Shown piece after piece: positions 48,101 to 61,500 of a DNA stretch of 64,000 nt. The DNA comes from Catajapyx aquilonaris. Its lineage: Eukaryota. The DNA lies in contig KZ538134.1 of assembly GCA_000934665.2 (NCBI GenBank), positions 1 through 64,000 of the forward strand, in the 5' to 3' direction. Position 1 is the stretch's first letter. Every line of letters starts with the position of its first letter. A model generated the notes under the pieces. The model was not told where the DNA came from and did no database searches. It was given only the letters and a program-made list of their open reading frames with translations. A program made the translations under genes and the position numbers.

Positions 48101-51100
48101 TGTGCTGTGGCACATCATCACAATTTTTAAGACAAAAAGAGCAAAAACATTCCCTTCACGGAAAAAAAAGGATAGTAAGACCTCCGTGGTGGAACGAAAG
48201 TACTGAAACAAGGCAGGCGCAGACATTCACCAATTGATTTCAGGTGTACCATAGGTCTTATTCAAGCAATTTTGAATTTACTGCTCATGAAGTCTCCTTT
48301 CTGAAAACAATTTGTGGAATTTTCGTTATACTACTAGGTACTTCTAACTTAGCAGTACCAGTGTAGTGCAATGGTACTGCTAAATTAGCAGTAACTATAG
48401 TATTACTAGTAGTACAACGAAAATTTCACCCATTAATTTTCCATGAGCCACTCCATATAAGTGTTTTCTGAAATTAGGAACTTCAATATTAAGCACATTG
48501 AATTTTTATACGATTGGTGCTAATTATTGCCATGAAACATTCATGCAGAATCGTCACCTCTTTTAGATGCTGATTTTAACTCTAATGTTTAATTTTTCAC
48601 ATATAAACATTAATTGGTGAATCATTTTAGAGGGTCTTTTCCGATTGGACCAAGTCTGTGAGGATAGGCTAAGTTTTTTCCCCCCATTTTTTTCTTTTCT
48701 AAATAAAACCCTACATACTGCTCTGAGTTGTTTGCAGCAGTAATTCTTACGATGCGTTCCATGCAGTACTTGAGAATTGCTTGAGTAAGACCTATGGTAC
48801 AGCTTAAATCAATTGGTGAAGGTCTTACGTGTGCCTGCCTTGTTTCAGTACAGTACTTTCATTCTGCCACAAAGGTCTTACTACCCTTTTTTTCGCTGAA
48901 GGGAATGTTTTTGCTCTTATTTCAGTTCTTTTTTTAAACCCCTTCGTAATACCAGATGTACTGCCATCGCCTAGGTCAGGGCTATTCAACTGGCGGACCG
49001 CGCCGAAATTTTGTCCAGACCGCGACGATATACATGACAGTTTGAAATAGCATTAGAAATTATTAATTCATCATTTTTTGGAAAAAGGGCTACCAATATC
49101 ATCAAATACACACCCATTCAGATCTCCCATGTTCACCTAAGCTCGTGTTAGTACAAGTTCTGTTAGTATAGTTCTGTACAGTACATCGTACTGTCTTGAT
49201 AGCCCCCTTCCATACCCTTGCTGCACATGTTTCTAGTTTCAAAAATGAACCATGTGGTTCCATATTAAATCCATGTATTTACTGGGGGGGGGGGGGGGGG
49301 NGGGGTTGGGGGTCCGGACCTTCAATGGCCCAGGAAAGGTAAATACTGGACCTTGTCATAAACCAGTTGAATACCCCTGGCCTAGGTTGTCGCTTACAGG
49401 TACTCTGAAGACAAGGACAAGATATTTTACAAATAATAACAGCTACAGTGATATATGTATCATACCATACTAACACTTTTATGCTCTACACTGCACTCTG
49501 CACTATGAATGTATTGGAGATGATTTTTGTCGCTTAGAACAGCGGTTCTCAAACTGTGGTACGCGTACCACTGGTGGTACTTCAAGCCATGCCAAGTGGT
49601 ACTCATGTGGCCTGCGCATATGACTTTGCAGTCGTTTTACCTGTTTATATGCCTCGCGCTTTTTTTTAAACTATTCTTTAACTAGTTTTATATCACTTCA
49701 ACCTCATAATTATAGTCATTACAATGATTATATAGTGACATTTTCTTCAAAACAACACGGGTGTAAATTAACCATTCATTGACAGTGGTACTTCAGTTTA
49801 CTGATCCTCACGGAGTGGTACTTGTTCAAAAAAGTTTGAGAACCACTGGCTTAGGGCTAATTCCACGCGTGACTTACACGACATGACACTGAGTTTATGC
49901 CTAACTTTTAAATTTTTAAACCACAAACGTAGCATTTAAGGAAAGGGTGTTTATACCTAATTATGCACTTTGCGTCTAAGTGTTAATTAATGTTTTGATT
50001 TTAACAGTTGCACATTTCATTTGAGTTATATAAATATATAAAGGAATGTGTGACTTACACGACAAGAAAGCCACTGGTAACAGAGGCTTCAGATATTAAT
50101 GTAAAATTCTTCACAGTTATGACTTAAATGTTAGTGTTATTGTAGGGAGGATATTTTCAAAGACCCAAATTAAAATAATATTATGTGAACTTGTTGTTAT
50201 GCTATTAATTTTACAAGAAATAAATTTTTTCTTCTGTGACTTACACGACACTCGAAACGTGACTTACACGACACTTTTGCCCTCATTGCTTTCTATCAGA
50301 TTTATGAGAAGAATTTTAGATTTTTAGGACAGAAACAAAGTAATCTCTCTTATTACATGTTCTTTTATTAAAACATTTAAATGATAGGCCTATAGATGAG
50401 AATGTGCAGGGCAACAATTCTTGTCATTAACATTAAACATGTATAATGCATGTATAATGTGTGTACACCTGAGCATATAGCAGTGAATTCATTGTATTCC
50501 CATGTGATATGGCGAGGTGTGATACCTGATGGTCATCGCTGGCCACCCTGTCATGGGATACAATGCCGTGAAGGCGAAATGTGTATGTAGTGTGTATGAA
50601 ATGGTCTATAAATTGGTATAACTTGCCCAACAAAGCATGTAGTGAGTTCTGTCCATTACATTTGCAGTCAAGTCAAGTTAAAATTAAACAATATAAAACG
50701 CAATAAAGAATGGAAGCATTGGAAATAAGAGAATATTCTAATTCATAATGTTCAAGTGTACTGAAATAATGAGATTTTCTTAGTCAAGATAATAAACAAC
50801 TTCTTTTCAAGTAGGAGTTCACATTTCATCAAGCCTAGCTATTCTTCATTCGATGTCCTTTGATTCAATGGATATAATATTAATATTTGGATAAACTCTA
50901 TGGGCAACTTCTGCAAATTCTCCAGCTGTGTTTGGATCAAACTGTCTGGCATTGATGGCTTCTCAAACTCTACATTTTACCTTCAACGCTTCTCTCTCAC
51001 TAAAAGTCACCAATGTTTTTTAAATTACACATTCCTTTTTGCCTTTCCAATGCACTTATCTAGGACAGCTCTTACTTCTCTTCTTGCTTTAACTACGACA

Positions 51101-54100
51101 TTTGCTTTTGTCTTCCATTCCACTACTGTAAGTTCCATTTTAACAGCCGGGAAACAATAGTGACAGTGGCATCCAAGCCGAAGTGTGACTTACACGACAA
51201 GAATTAAATGGCCATAACAATGTTCAGACAAAAATTACCTCAAAATTATTACTATTATTTGAAGGGTCCTACTGTGTAGTGAGAAGGTAATTAATATCAA
51301 CTTTTAGATTTTGGTACTATAGCTAAAAATTCAAAAAAGGTCTAAAAACTGTGACTTACACGACACGCAAAGATGGTATTTAAACTTGCTAAGTTTTATG
51401 CTGAATAAGTCATTGCAATGGAAATATAAATATTTAGTACATTCATCCAGTTCTTGTGTGATAGAAGTCACACTTTACTGCATGAAAAACACTAGCTTAC
51501 TTGTTGAATTATGAAGATTTTTATGGAGCCTTAGAACAAAGAAATTTGCACACCCGCCATATTGGAAATAAACAGTGTTTTAAACTTGAATGTATGCGAC
51601 AATTCTCTAATATCTGTTCAAAAATAAAAAATACACAATCTCAGCTTTCAGAAAAGACCATAATATCATATCAATTATTTATTTTAAAATCTGACCCTGA
51701 TGTATACTTTTGCATGGAATTAGCCTTAGAAGTTCCTAAAATGATTGTCACAGAGATAGTCGTAAAAAAATGAAATGTGCTACCAGCCAGCGGTTAGTCT
51801 GATTTAATTATGACATAGCCTACAAGCTAAAATATACGGAATATGTACATTGAGAACTGTACCAGACAAATTTGATGAAATCGTGGTACTTTGCAAGAAT
51901 TCAATCAATACTGCTCTGCGGCTATACCCGAGGTTAGGTGAAAATGAGTCCGTTAATCAGGAGTCAAATACACAGGGCCTTATGGAAGCATGCTGGGACA
52001 GGTCTTTATAACCAAAAGTCTGTAGTTATAGCCGAGGCTGTTATATCCGGATTCGATCCCAAGCCCGGGCATTCCCCCTTCATCTCATGCAGAGTTCGGG
52101 GTCATCTCTGACATTGTCTCGGGTGGGATTCCTTGAGACTAACCACCCAGGGGAGTTCATACCTAATCACGACAAAGGATTCCTCCTCGCATTTTTCATC
52201 TGCCTCAGTTGTCTTAAACCCTCCATCAGTCCCCTGTGCTTCCTCATCTTCTTCCTTCTCTGCCTGGAGGGCAGGCTGTACTGTGGCAAACAGGGAGAGG
52301 TAGGTGGCTTGAACTTCACTTACTCCTCCACTGATCACACCACTCTGCTTGTAGCCAAGCAAGACAGGAGGAGACCGCAGCTTAAATGTTCCTTCCACTC
52401 CAGATCCATTATTTGACTGAAGTAGCAAAAATGCAATGCCATAAGTAACTATTGAAACTGCTGCAGAAAATTTCACTCCTAAAAGTCACCTGCAGCAATG
52501 CAGAAAAGGGAATGGTAAGTGAACCCAGCCACTTTCTCTCCATCCGCCTGTGGATATCAGTGTCCCTCAGTCTGTCATCTACCAGAAGGTCCACCACCAC
52601 TTCATCCAGGAGGTGGATGTGTATGGAGTCACTTACTCCACGGAGGCTGTCCAATGAGAAGTCACCGTCTGGAGGTCTAGAAGCAGATTCGCATTCGATT
52701 TAGTGTGTTGCAATTGTAATATTTTTAAGTAGGACAAAGGCGACATTAAATTCAGTGGGCAATTGGGATTGTAAAGCATCAGTTCAGAAAAATGTTACAC
52801 AATAAAGTCTGTGGTTAAGACAACACAGCACCAAATAAGTTGTAGTAATAATCATACTCACTTGAAGGGTAGATGTAGCTCCTGGTTCCAGGTAGGGTTG
52901 GAGCCTCTCCCAATGGTGGTCCTCACAGTAGACCTCTGGAATGTGACCTCCACAAGGGGCCTCACTGGAACTACAGCGTCACCTTCCCCACTAATTTCCT
53001 CACCTGCTTCCTCCCTAATGGGAACATGGAAGGCTCTTTCCACATTTACCATAACTCTGACCTCTTGTTCTCCAAGGGCATGGGCGACATTCACCTTCTT
53101 CCTTTCTTTCCTTGTAGGTTTGAGAGGACGGCGAGGTTTAAACCATGACACCAGTTGGAGGCCTAGAGTGCTGATGTCTGGCACCTGGTCCTCTACTACC
53201 ATATCTCGCAGGTATCGACGGTGGCGAGTAGAACGAGTCATGTGGGACACCTGCCTTCTGATCAGGCGAAGATATTGCCGCACACGGGCTTCATACGGAT
53301 CTGATGTGAGCCGAGGTGATCCAGGTGATTCTTCTTGCTCCTCTTCAAGATCTTTGGGCACCTAATGAATAATTTTGTATTTTAATGAGCAGCTTAAAAT
53401 ATTGTGACACACAGTGAATGGATCTTATTTCCTTGATAAATTTGCATAATCACCCAAGCATGTGTAGTGGTCGCAGTGAGTGGAATTATGCAGTACAAAG
53501 CATGTATTGGACTATTAGAACTTCCCTACCTGAACATTTGATTACAATCTATAGTGTATAACTATTCCCTTGCATCGCTTCCTCACATAGCATGGCATAA
53601 TTTGCTCAGGACTGATACACAAGAAAAGGTTTTACACCTCAGGATTTCAATACGATATTTTCCATACTGATATGTACGGTACCACTACAGCCATAATCCT
53701 GTATACCAAGTATATTATACAACTTCATGTTCAAATACAGACGTATACAGTCACAGAAAGAATTCAGTTTGAAGTTGCACATGCCAACTACATTGTGTAA
53801 CAAAACTGAGTCCACAAATGTGGTGGATATAAACTGAAATCTTGCATATTGAATCACTTTTATCTATGCAACACTTTCTTCCCACTTTGTTCATTTCATT
53901 CAGCTAAATTGTTGGTGGCCTATTCACTGCCCATTCCCATGAAATTATATCCAGGGGACCCCTGCTGTCACCTCCCAAACACTCTCTCACCTGCAGGATA
54001 TCAGCTGGTATCTCACTCTCCCTAAGTGGGATCATATGGAGGTTCCTAAATCCTGGCACTTCCCTGTCCCTGAGCTGCAGCATGTGGAAGCGGCGGTTTG

Positions 54101-57100
54101 CCTGCAGCTGCTCAGTAGTATAAAATTCCAGATCGCTGTCCAGGTGGTTCAGACGGAAGTAGCTGTCAGAAGTGTTCGTGGTTGACTGAAAGCAGAAAAA
54201 TCTGGGTCAGCATACAAGATGCTTTGGAACTTGACATGTCCCTATGACGTTGCAGGAGAACAACTTTTGAAAGATTCAAATTCATGTGTTGGTTTGACTC
54301 CCATAAGTGATACCATAAGTGATACCCTTTCTGAAGCCTATAAAATTAACAACAACATCCACTGTACCTTAAGGAGATGTAATATGCTACTAATCCTGTG
54401 GTCAAATGGATCAAGGTTTGTACTCCTGGACCACCTCTCCAGCCTCTCTGCCTCTGGAATTCCCTCAGGTCCCAAAATGACAGACGCCTTTTCCCTTCTT
54501 TCCGACAGTCTGAGTGCCTCTGGTCCTGTTGGAGCCAATGTCATCCCATCTTCCCCACAGCTCCATCCAATCTTGTAGTTGAGCCAGCCAGAGATCATCT
54601 TGGCCTCTATCACCCCACTTATCTCAGAGGCCATCACGTATGGTCCTGACCCAACCCCTGCATGTCTGTAGGATACTATTCGATCACTGGTGAAGTTGGC
54701 CTCATCCATGCATGCATTAGACAGGGTCACATCTGAGTCAGGTGTGGGTACATGAAGGACTGACAACTGCGTAAGAGAGTAAATTCATATTAATTCCTGC
54801 ATTAATGTGTACAGAAATTATCATGATAATATAATAGGACCAGCTATCATATCATTGACGTTAGATATTTTTGATTCCTTTTCTTTGCAACACCCACGTT
54901 ACTCAGGGCACCAGACTGGGCCAAGCCTGGCCTAGCCTAGCAGAATTAATTCTGCATTAAAGGGTGTTTCACCAATTTGGCTAACTTGGATCAAGGCAAA
55001 ATAATATAGGATGGGAGTAGCATGCTGGCATGAAATATTGCCATGACATGAAAAAAGTGACAGCGAGCTCCACAAATTAGGTGTTTGAAAAGTATACAGC
55101 TCGCAAAAGTTTTCAGATGGGTCGGAAAGAATACTCATTGTACTGGCTGGTATTTGTGACTGGTGTCTGGTGATGAACTTGTATGCCTGAAGCGATATCT
55201 GGAGTATTTGTTGGCCTATTGTATTAATATTACAGTTGGAATAAACAGCGGGGAATGTGGGCTGCATGACCTGAAGGTTAGGTCAGCCCTTATCCTCCTT
55301 CAAATGTGCTTTCAATTCTGTATGTATACTTTACTATGCAATAACTAAATCATTAATCACATACCTGCGCTGTGCTAATGGTGCTTCCCTCATAGATCTT
55401 GACCTGTATATAGTCTGGCACCTTGGCCAACCTTAGCACATAGACCTTTGCAAAGCTGACAACAAAGTTTTCGCCCAGGTGATAAGAAGAAGTGCGGCAG
55501 ACCTCTTTCCCATTCACATATATCTTGGCATATACCCTCTGCTTCTCCACAGCCATCCTGCGCTGCTTTTCCCTGAAAATGGATTCAGATGTTTTACTCT
55601 ATGTGATCACCATTCCTTCCCAGTCAACAATAGTCATGGAAAGCTTAGGCAATGCATGCTCCTTGGAAATAGTTATTCACTTGCAACTTATTTCAAAAGA
55701 TTTTGGAATTTTTGATTTGTGCACTCCTCCATCAACATTCATTGTTTGGAGCAGTTAGTATCTCATATGGCAATTTTTCCAGTAGTGTATTACTGCTCAC
55801 ATAACTTGACCACACTTGACACAGCACATATCCTTAACGTTCCGATTTAAAAATGAATGACTTCCTGCTAAAGAATGCTCATCAAAATCTCCAAAAGTAA
55901 CAAAGCAATAACCAAACAATTATTTAGTACAGTGATATGTGGAAAGCCTTCTGCTCTTTGCAATGGCTCTTCACCAAAACAGTTACTCCTACACTAAAAA
56001 ACTATGATTACAAACTGAGCAAGTACTAATACTATTACATCATAGATATACACAAGTTTTCTAACATAATGTATCATCAGGTATGCATGTACAGTGCATA
56101 ATGTAGCATGAATATAGTGAGGAATAACTGCACGCCTAATTTGGAGCTTCAAAACTACTTCAACGCGACAACGCCTACAAGAGTAACCTAACACTTTCCG
56201 CTTATTAGGAAATAGCTACATGACCAAAATTTCTATAAGCAGTGTTTCTTCCAAAGTAGGACGACCCTGCATAACAGTTGATTGCAAGATGTAGTGGCCT
56301 TTCTGGCTTCATCCTGAAGATTTCTGTATATGAAATGAGTACCTACACTCTCTTATCTCCCCACTACTTTGTAAATGTGAACAAAATTTGAATAGGTTGT
56401 TGGACGTCTAACACCACTCACTGAATTGATAATTACCCAACAGATTACAATCAGAAATCTGTTCAGTGGAATTCTAAACTTTACTCAGGTCACAAAATAT
56501 CTAATTCTCTACCTGGAAGGGGGTTCTTGAGTAAGCTCTACTGTATGAGTGACCTCTAGGTTGAGCTTTGGCTCTCCAGGAGGTCGCTTCCAAGACCGTA
56601 GTCTTTCTTCAACTTCTTTCTTGGCTTTCATACGGTCAAACTCTTCTGGAGGGGCAGGCTTCTGGTCATCTTCACCTCCTTGCTCCCCCTTGCTTTTTTC
56701 CTTGGTCTTCTTTCCTTTACGCTTCTGCCTCAGAAGTTCTTTCTAAATTGAGAGGATGTAAAAGTTACACCTGAAGTAAAAAAAAACCCTGCCCACTACC
56801 TTCAAACACAACAATGACCAAGTCCACTTTACCCTTTCCTTCAGCTTGCTCCTCCATTGAGCCACAACTTTCTCATATGTCTCCAGCGTCTGCTTGTGCT
56901 TTTCCTGTTCCTTATTGATACCCTCCTCCACTTGTTCCTCCCATTCTTTCTGCTCTTCCTTCTCCTGTGTTTCTTCTATAGCTATGGATAACTTCGTTGA
57001 TGTGCACACATATCCCTGTTCCTCCCTGATGTCCTTCAAACATTTCCAGCTTTCCAGAAGGCTAGAGAGAAGCTCCCTGTCTCTCTTCCCTTCCCTTTCT

Positions 57101-58467
57101 AAGCTTTCTTTGGTCTCTTGAATCTCAGTCAGGTATAATTGCATTCTTTCTTTCCTCGAAGTGATGATATCTTCATCAGGAGGCTCTTCTACAATAGTTA
57201 ATACAGCATTAAATTAATGTACTAGTACATTGCAAAGGTTATAAAAATATGTGTATATGCAATGCAACACATGGATTGGGAAAACATGCCATGTTGTAAT
57301 CATGACCTAGTTCTGGATAGGGCAACAGATGCTGTGACTGATTTGACGCAGACAGCGTCTACATCCGTAACTCCTACAGTTTTATTATACAACTCGCTTT
57401 GCGAGGCGAAGAATTACAGCACACCGTATTTTCCTGGGACACCAAAACAAGCAGTAGAATCAAATGGCTGCCACTGACCTGCAGGTATCTGCATCCTCTT
57501 TATGGCCTGCTTCAGTGTATTCAGCTTTTGCTCCAGCTTCCTTACTCTGTTATCCCGAATCCTGGATACATAAATGTCATACATTTTCTCCAATGAGGAG
57601 GACACACAGTGCTCCCTGCTGAACAAGGGATGGTGGGAAAAGTGCAGTGACACCAATTCCACCTCTAACTGATACCGACAAGAGGAATCATCCAGTGAGT
57701 GTGAGAAGGATCTCAATGGATCATTGACTGCCTGCAGCAATAAATAATATTTAGGTGATGCATCACATAGAGAAAGGCTGGCATCCACCAACCTGCTACA
57801 AGTACTCGAAACATGTGTCTCATACCGGTTTGTATCTGACCTCCAGGCATGGGTTTTTCTCCCCTGAGATGACAGGACGCGTGATTACAGGATTGAGGGG
57901 GTTAGGCAGACAAAGCACTTGGCCATCCATTCCAAACCAAGACCTGCAGAAAAAGGGATTGATTGATAGTTGTACACATATCACGCTCTCTAAAGATCTC
58001 ATATTCACACATTGATATGGGTGCAGTGCACACCACCAGATATCCCACCTGTTGTTTTCCATCAAGAACCTGTGATCAAGAGTATTCCTTCTTTTTTTGG
58101 GTAGCATAAACCTATTTCCCACATACAGTCCCTCATCTTCTGGGAAACGAGGAGCCTTGCCTTCTTCCAGCTTGGCCTCTAGAGAAACTGTAAATAAAAT
58201 TAGTTCCATTTAATTTATGAGTGTCCATTTTTCTGTTTACTGAGAAGCGAAAAATTGCGAGGTATTCCAAAGCTCCCACCTGATAAGGTACATTTACTAT
58301 TTGCTTCTATGCCTATTCATGCTGTGCATCAAATGTATACTTTTTTTTCTTTAGTAGTAGCATATTTGAAGTTTTGCGATATTGTACTGTAAATTTCTAG
58401 TGATTAAGTGGATTGTAAGTGGATGGGAGGTCTTCCCCGTAAGCTCTCGGGCGCAGGGGAATAATAA

Positions 58468-58526
<59 letters not shown>

Positions 58527-61500
58527 ATAAAATTAGTTACAAAGCACTATCTGCCATGGGAATCCCTGGTGATAACATGTCCCAAATGAGCCTCTACATA
58601 ACTGAAACAGAAACTCCTACAAGCAGTCAATAAGAATGAATGACTTGGATGACAATGGCATAAGCATGGATAGGCATCTATACTATACTAAGAGGAGGGA
58701 AGCGCGATGGTGTAGTGGTTATTGTCACAGCATCTACCTCGGAGGTTCCATATTAATTTCCCTGGTCTGACCTAAATTTTTCATATGGAAAGAAGTTCAA
58801 TGGGTTCTTTCCATGCTTGCATTGGTTTTATCAGGGTATTCCCATTTCCTCCCAGGCAAAATAAATCACAGCGTAGTCAATGAACAAAGATGGTCATACA
58901 GTATATGATCCCCTAAAAGGCTCCAGTAGGCCTATCACAGGGTATCCATTTATCATTACAGACGCTTACCTACAAAATTGAAAAGTGGTACTAAAAATTA
59001 AGGTGCAATTTGCCACTTACTAATGCAGCTCAGGTCACATTTTTGGCAAAAGCAGATATTAAGCTGCTTCCACATTGGGTTATTTTCTGGCAAGGAACAG
59101 TCCTGTTATGAGAGGTTGCGATAAACTGAGGCAGTGTGGGGTGCTTCTCCAATTCAATTCATGACGTCATGTGAGGACTTGAAAACTCCAATCAGGTTTT
59201 CTCCAATGTATATGTGGAGTGAACATCGGGAAAAGTGGGAGAGGATGGAATACAGGAATAAAGGGGCAACTCTTGGGGATTTTTCTCATGCCAGAAAATA
59301 ACTCAGTGTGGAGCCAGATTTAAAGATGAAGCTTTGCCAACAACTGAGATATAAATTTTCATGGGTCTCATGGAGAGATAAAGATGAAAGAGCTACCTGT
59401 ACATGTGTTTTGTCATTAAATGCAGCTCACTTCTAGGGTGTGAACATCTAGCAAAGATACAGTGCTAATAATTACTGACAGTATGCAAAATTGATATGAG
59501 AGAAACTCAAAAGAACAATAAAAGTTAAGAAAGCTTAAGTCACATTACAGGGTCAAATTTCATAATTCTCTTCATCTTGTAAAAGAATTGAACGGGAAAC
59601 GTTTGACTTGCAAAAATTCCCTGCATGTATGCACAGTAGGTTTTTCCCCCTCTATTGAGCACTAAGTGCATGCCTTCATTTGAAGTAGGAAAAACTTCCA
59701 AATTCTAACTGAAAGGAAAGCATGACTTGCAATTTCCACAGAAATCTTCACAAATCACGCTCTACATTCTACATCATGGATGTACTGATATGGATGAACC
59801 TTTCTTTCAGTAATCCCAAAATTTATTTTCAATGCTAAAGTCTTGACTTTCTCAAAATTTGATTCCTTTTGCCATAATGTAATGTTAGGGTGGAATAAAC
59901 ATTACAGTAATTGGCAGATACGTAAACATGAATAAACCTCATAACTAAAATAAATGTTGAAAATAATTTACATTTCCTTTACTTTGTACTGACCTTCTGA
60001 GGAAGATGGATAGTAATACAGTTCCTTCTCTTTCTTTAACCGTGTTTTTGATGAGATGTGGTCTGCAGGAACCATTGTGACCAGCTCCAATTCTTCTTTT
60101 ATGCCAAAATCCTCCAGATAAAACAACCGAGTAGCAGAGGTCGATGAAGAAATAGTGGGGGCAATGGTGGACTCCTTGGAGATTGATGCTTTGACTGCAG
60201 TAGCTGATCGTGACCCTGTCAGTTGCCATAAAAAATACCAGTAGTAATTACCTATGAGGTCATATGTTTCATCGATTTTGAGTCAGACTGTAGCATGGTC
60301 ATGAGAAACTCCCCATTTACATACACACTTGTGTAAGACTGGTGTGGGGTGGAGAAGGGGAGGAGAGGAGTGGAAAGAATAATAATCATACCTGTGCAAT
60401 GCATCTTCACTCAGGAGATATAACTTGACTAATTTTGGATCTACCTCCAAATTAAAAGAAGGTCTAAAATAAAAATTATGAAAATAATGGAAAACTTCTC
60501 CAGGTAAGAAAAATACAATACATTGCTACTTAAATAATGTGGCAGAGCAGGAAACATTGGGTCATGACACAGTGTAGCATAATGGTGCACACAGACATCA
60601 TTTTCTCTACTCAATATTTTCAAAGAAATGGTTGCCTAACATTATTATATTTTTGGTACAGTTTCAAAACACAGGCAACAAAAAGACACTGATTCATGTA
60701 TTTAATGCTGATAGCCATGATTTGTCACTGTAATAATGTGGCTAATACTTTCATCTAATACCAATAAATCTAGCCCTTTTGTGTAAAAAATTATAATAGT
60801 ACCTTCTAGTAATGCGTGCTGCCCAGAGAGCAAGTAATGAAAGACAATAAAACAGTGGCAAAAAAAAGAGAATTAACTGGTACCTGTCAGTTTTACAGTG
60901 GTCTTTGGTGTCCGAACCGAAACATCTCCACCTTCTTTGGACCAGTCTCTGGTGAAAAACTCATATGCATCTTCTGCTGAGGGAGTTGCAGGAAGAGTCG
61001 ACTGCAAAGTCAGACAATGTTGGAATCAAAGATTTCTGCCACACTAGACTAGATGAAAAACTCTTTATCCCTTCCCGTTGGATTGCTGTAGCCTGCTCAA
61101 CATCTTGACTTGGGTCAAGTTCTTGGCATGCCATGTGAACTGTGGGTGTAGAGAGCTTTCAATGCTCAATGTTAAACCTTCTTGTCGTGCTCTGATTTCA
61201 AATGTACCTCTCACGTGACCCATGTAAAAATGGTATCTGGTGCCTCACGTTTTGTTTATTTTTTAATAAGTTAGTTTAGTTTACCCCATTGGAGGGAACG
61301 AAGCCCTTTTAGGGGGTGGATTACCACCATTTCAATAATTTTCCAGTTTCTTGTCGGACTCCATGCAAGGACAATTAGGGAAATCGGGTAAGAATGGGGG
61401 GGGGGAAGGGACACAGGTGCAAGTCCAATGTCGGAAAAGGGTCCCAGTGACGCAGGCGAAAGGTAACTCCCGGGCAGGGATTAGAACCCAAGACCTTTCG

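Noticed and set aside
49284..49312. Long G run containing an N
   Set aside because: Homopolymer with an assembly ambiguity inside a MITE; no functional inference possible.
50433..51170. Possible transposase remnant inside the TTAG-flanked element
   Set aside because: Frames are broken by stops and I could not recognise any catalytic or DNA-binding motif.
49869..51365. Recurrent 15-mer GTGACTTACACGACA as a CRISPR-like array
   Set aside because: Irregular spacing, eukaryotic intron context, and confined within a TIR element; more consistent with transposase-binding repeats.
52811..53365. 184-aa plus-strand ORF (and similar antisense ORFs over armi and IR exons)
   Set aside because: Antisense shadows of real minus- or plus-strand coding exons.
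58382..58633. Poly-Leu ORF
   Set aside because: (TTA)n microsatellite in a CC2D2A intron.
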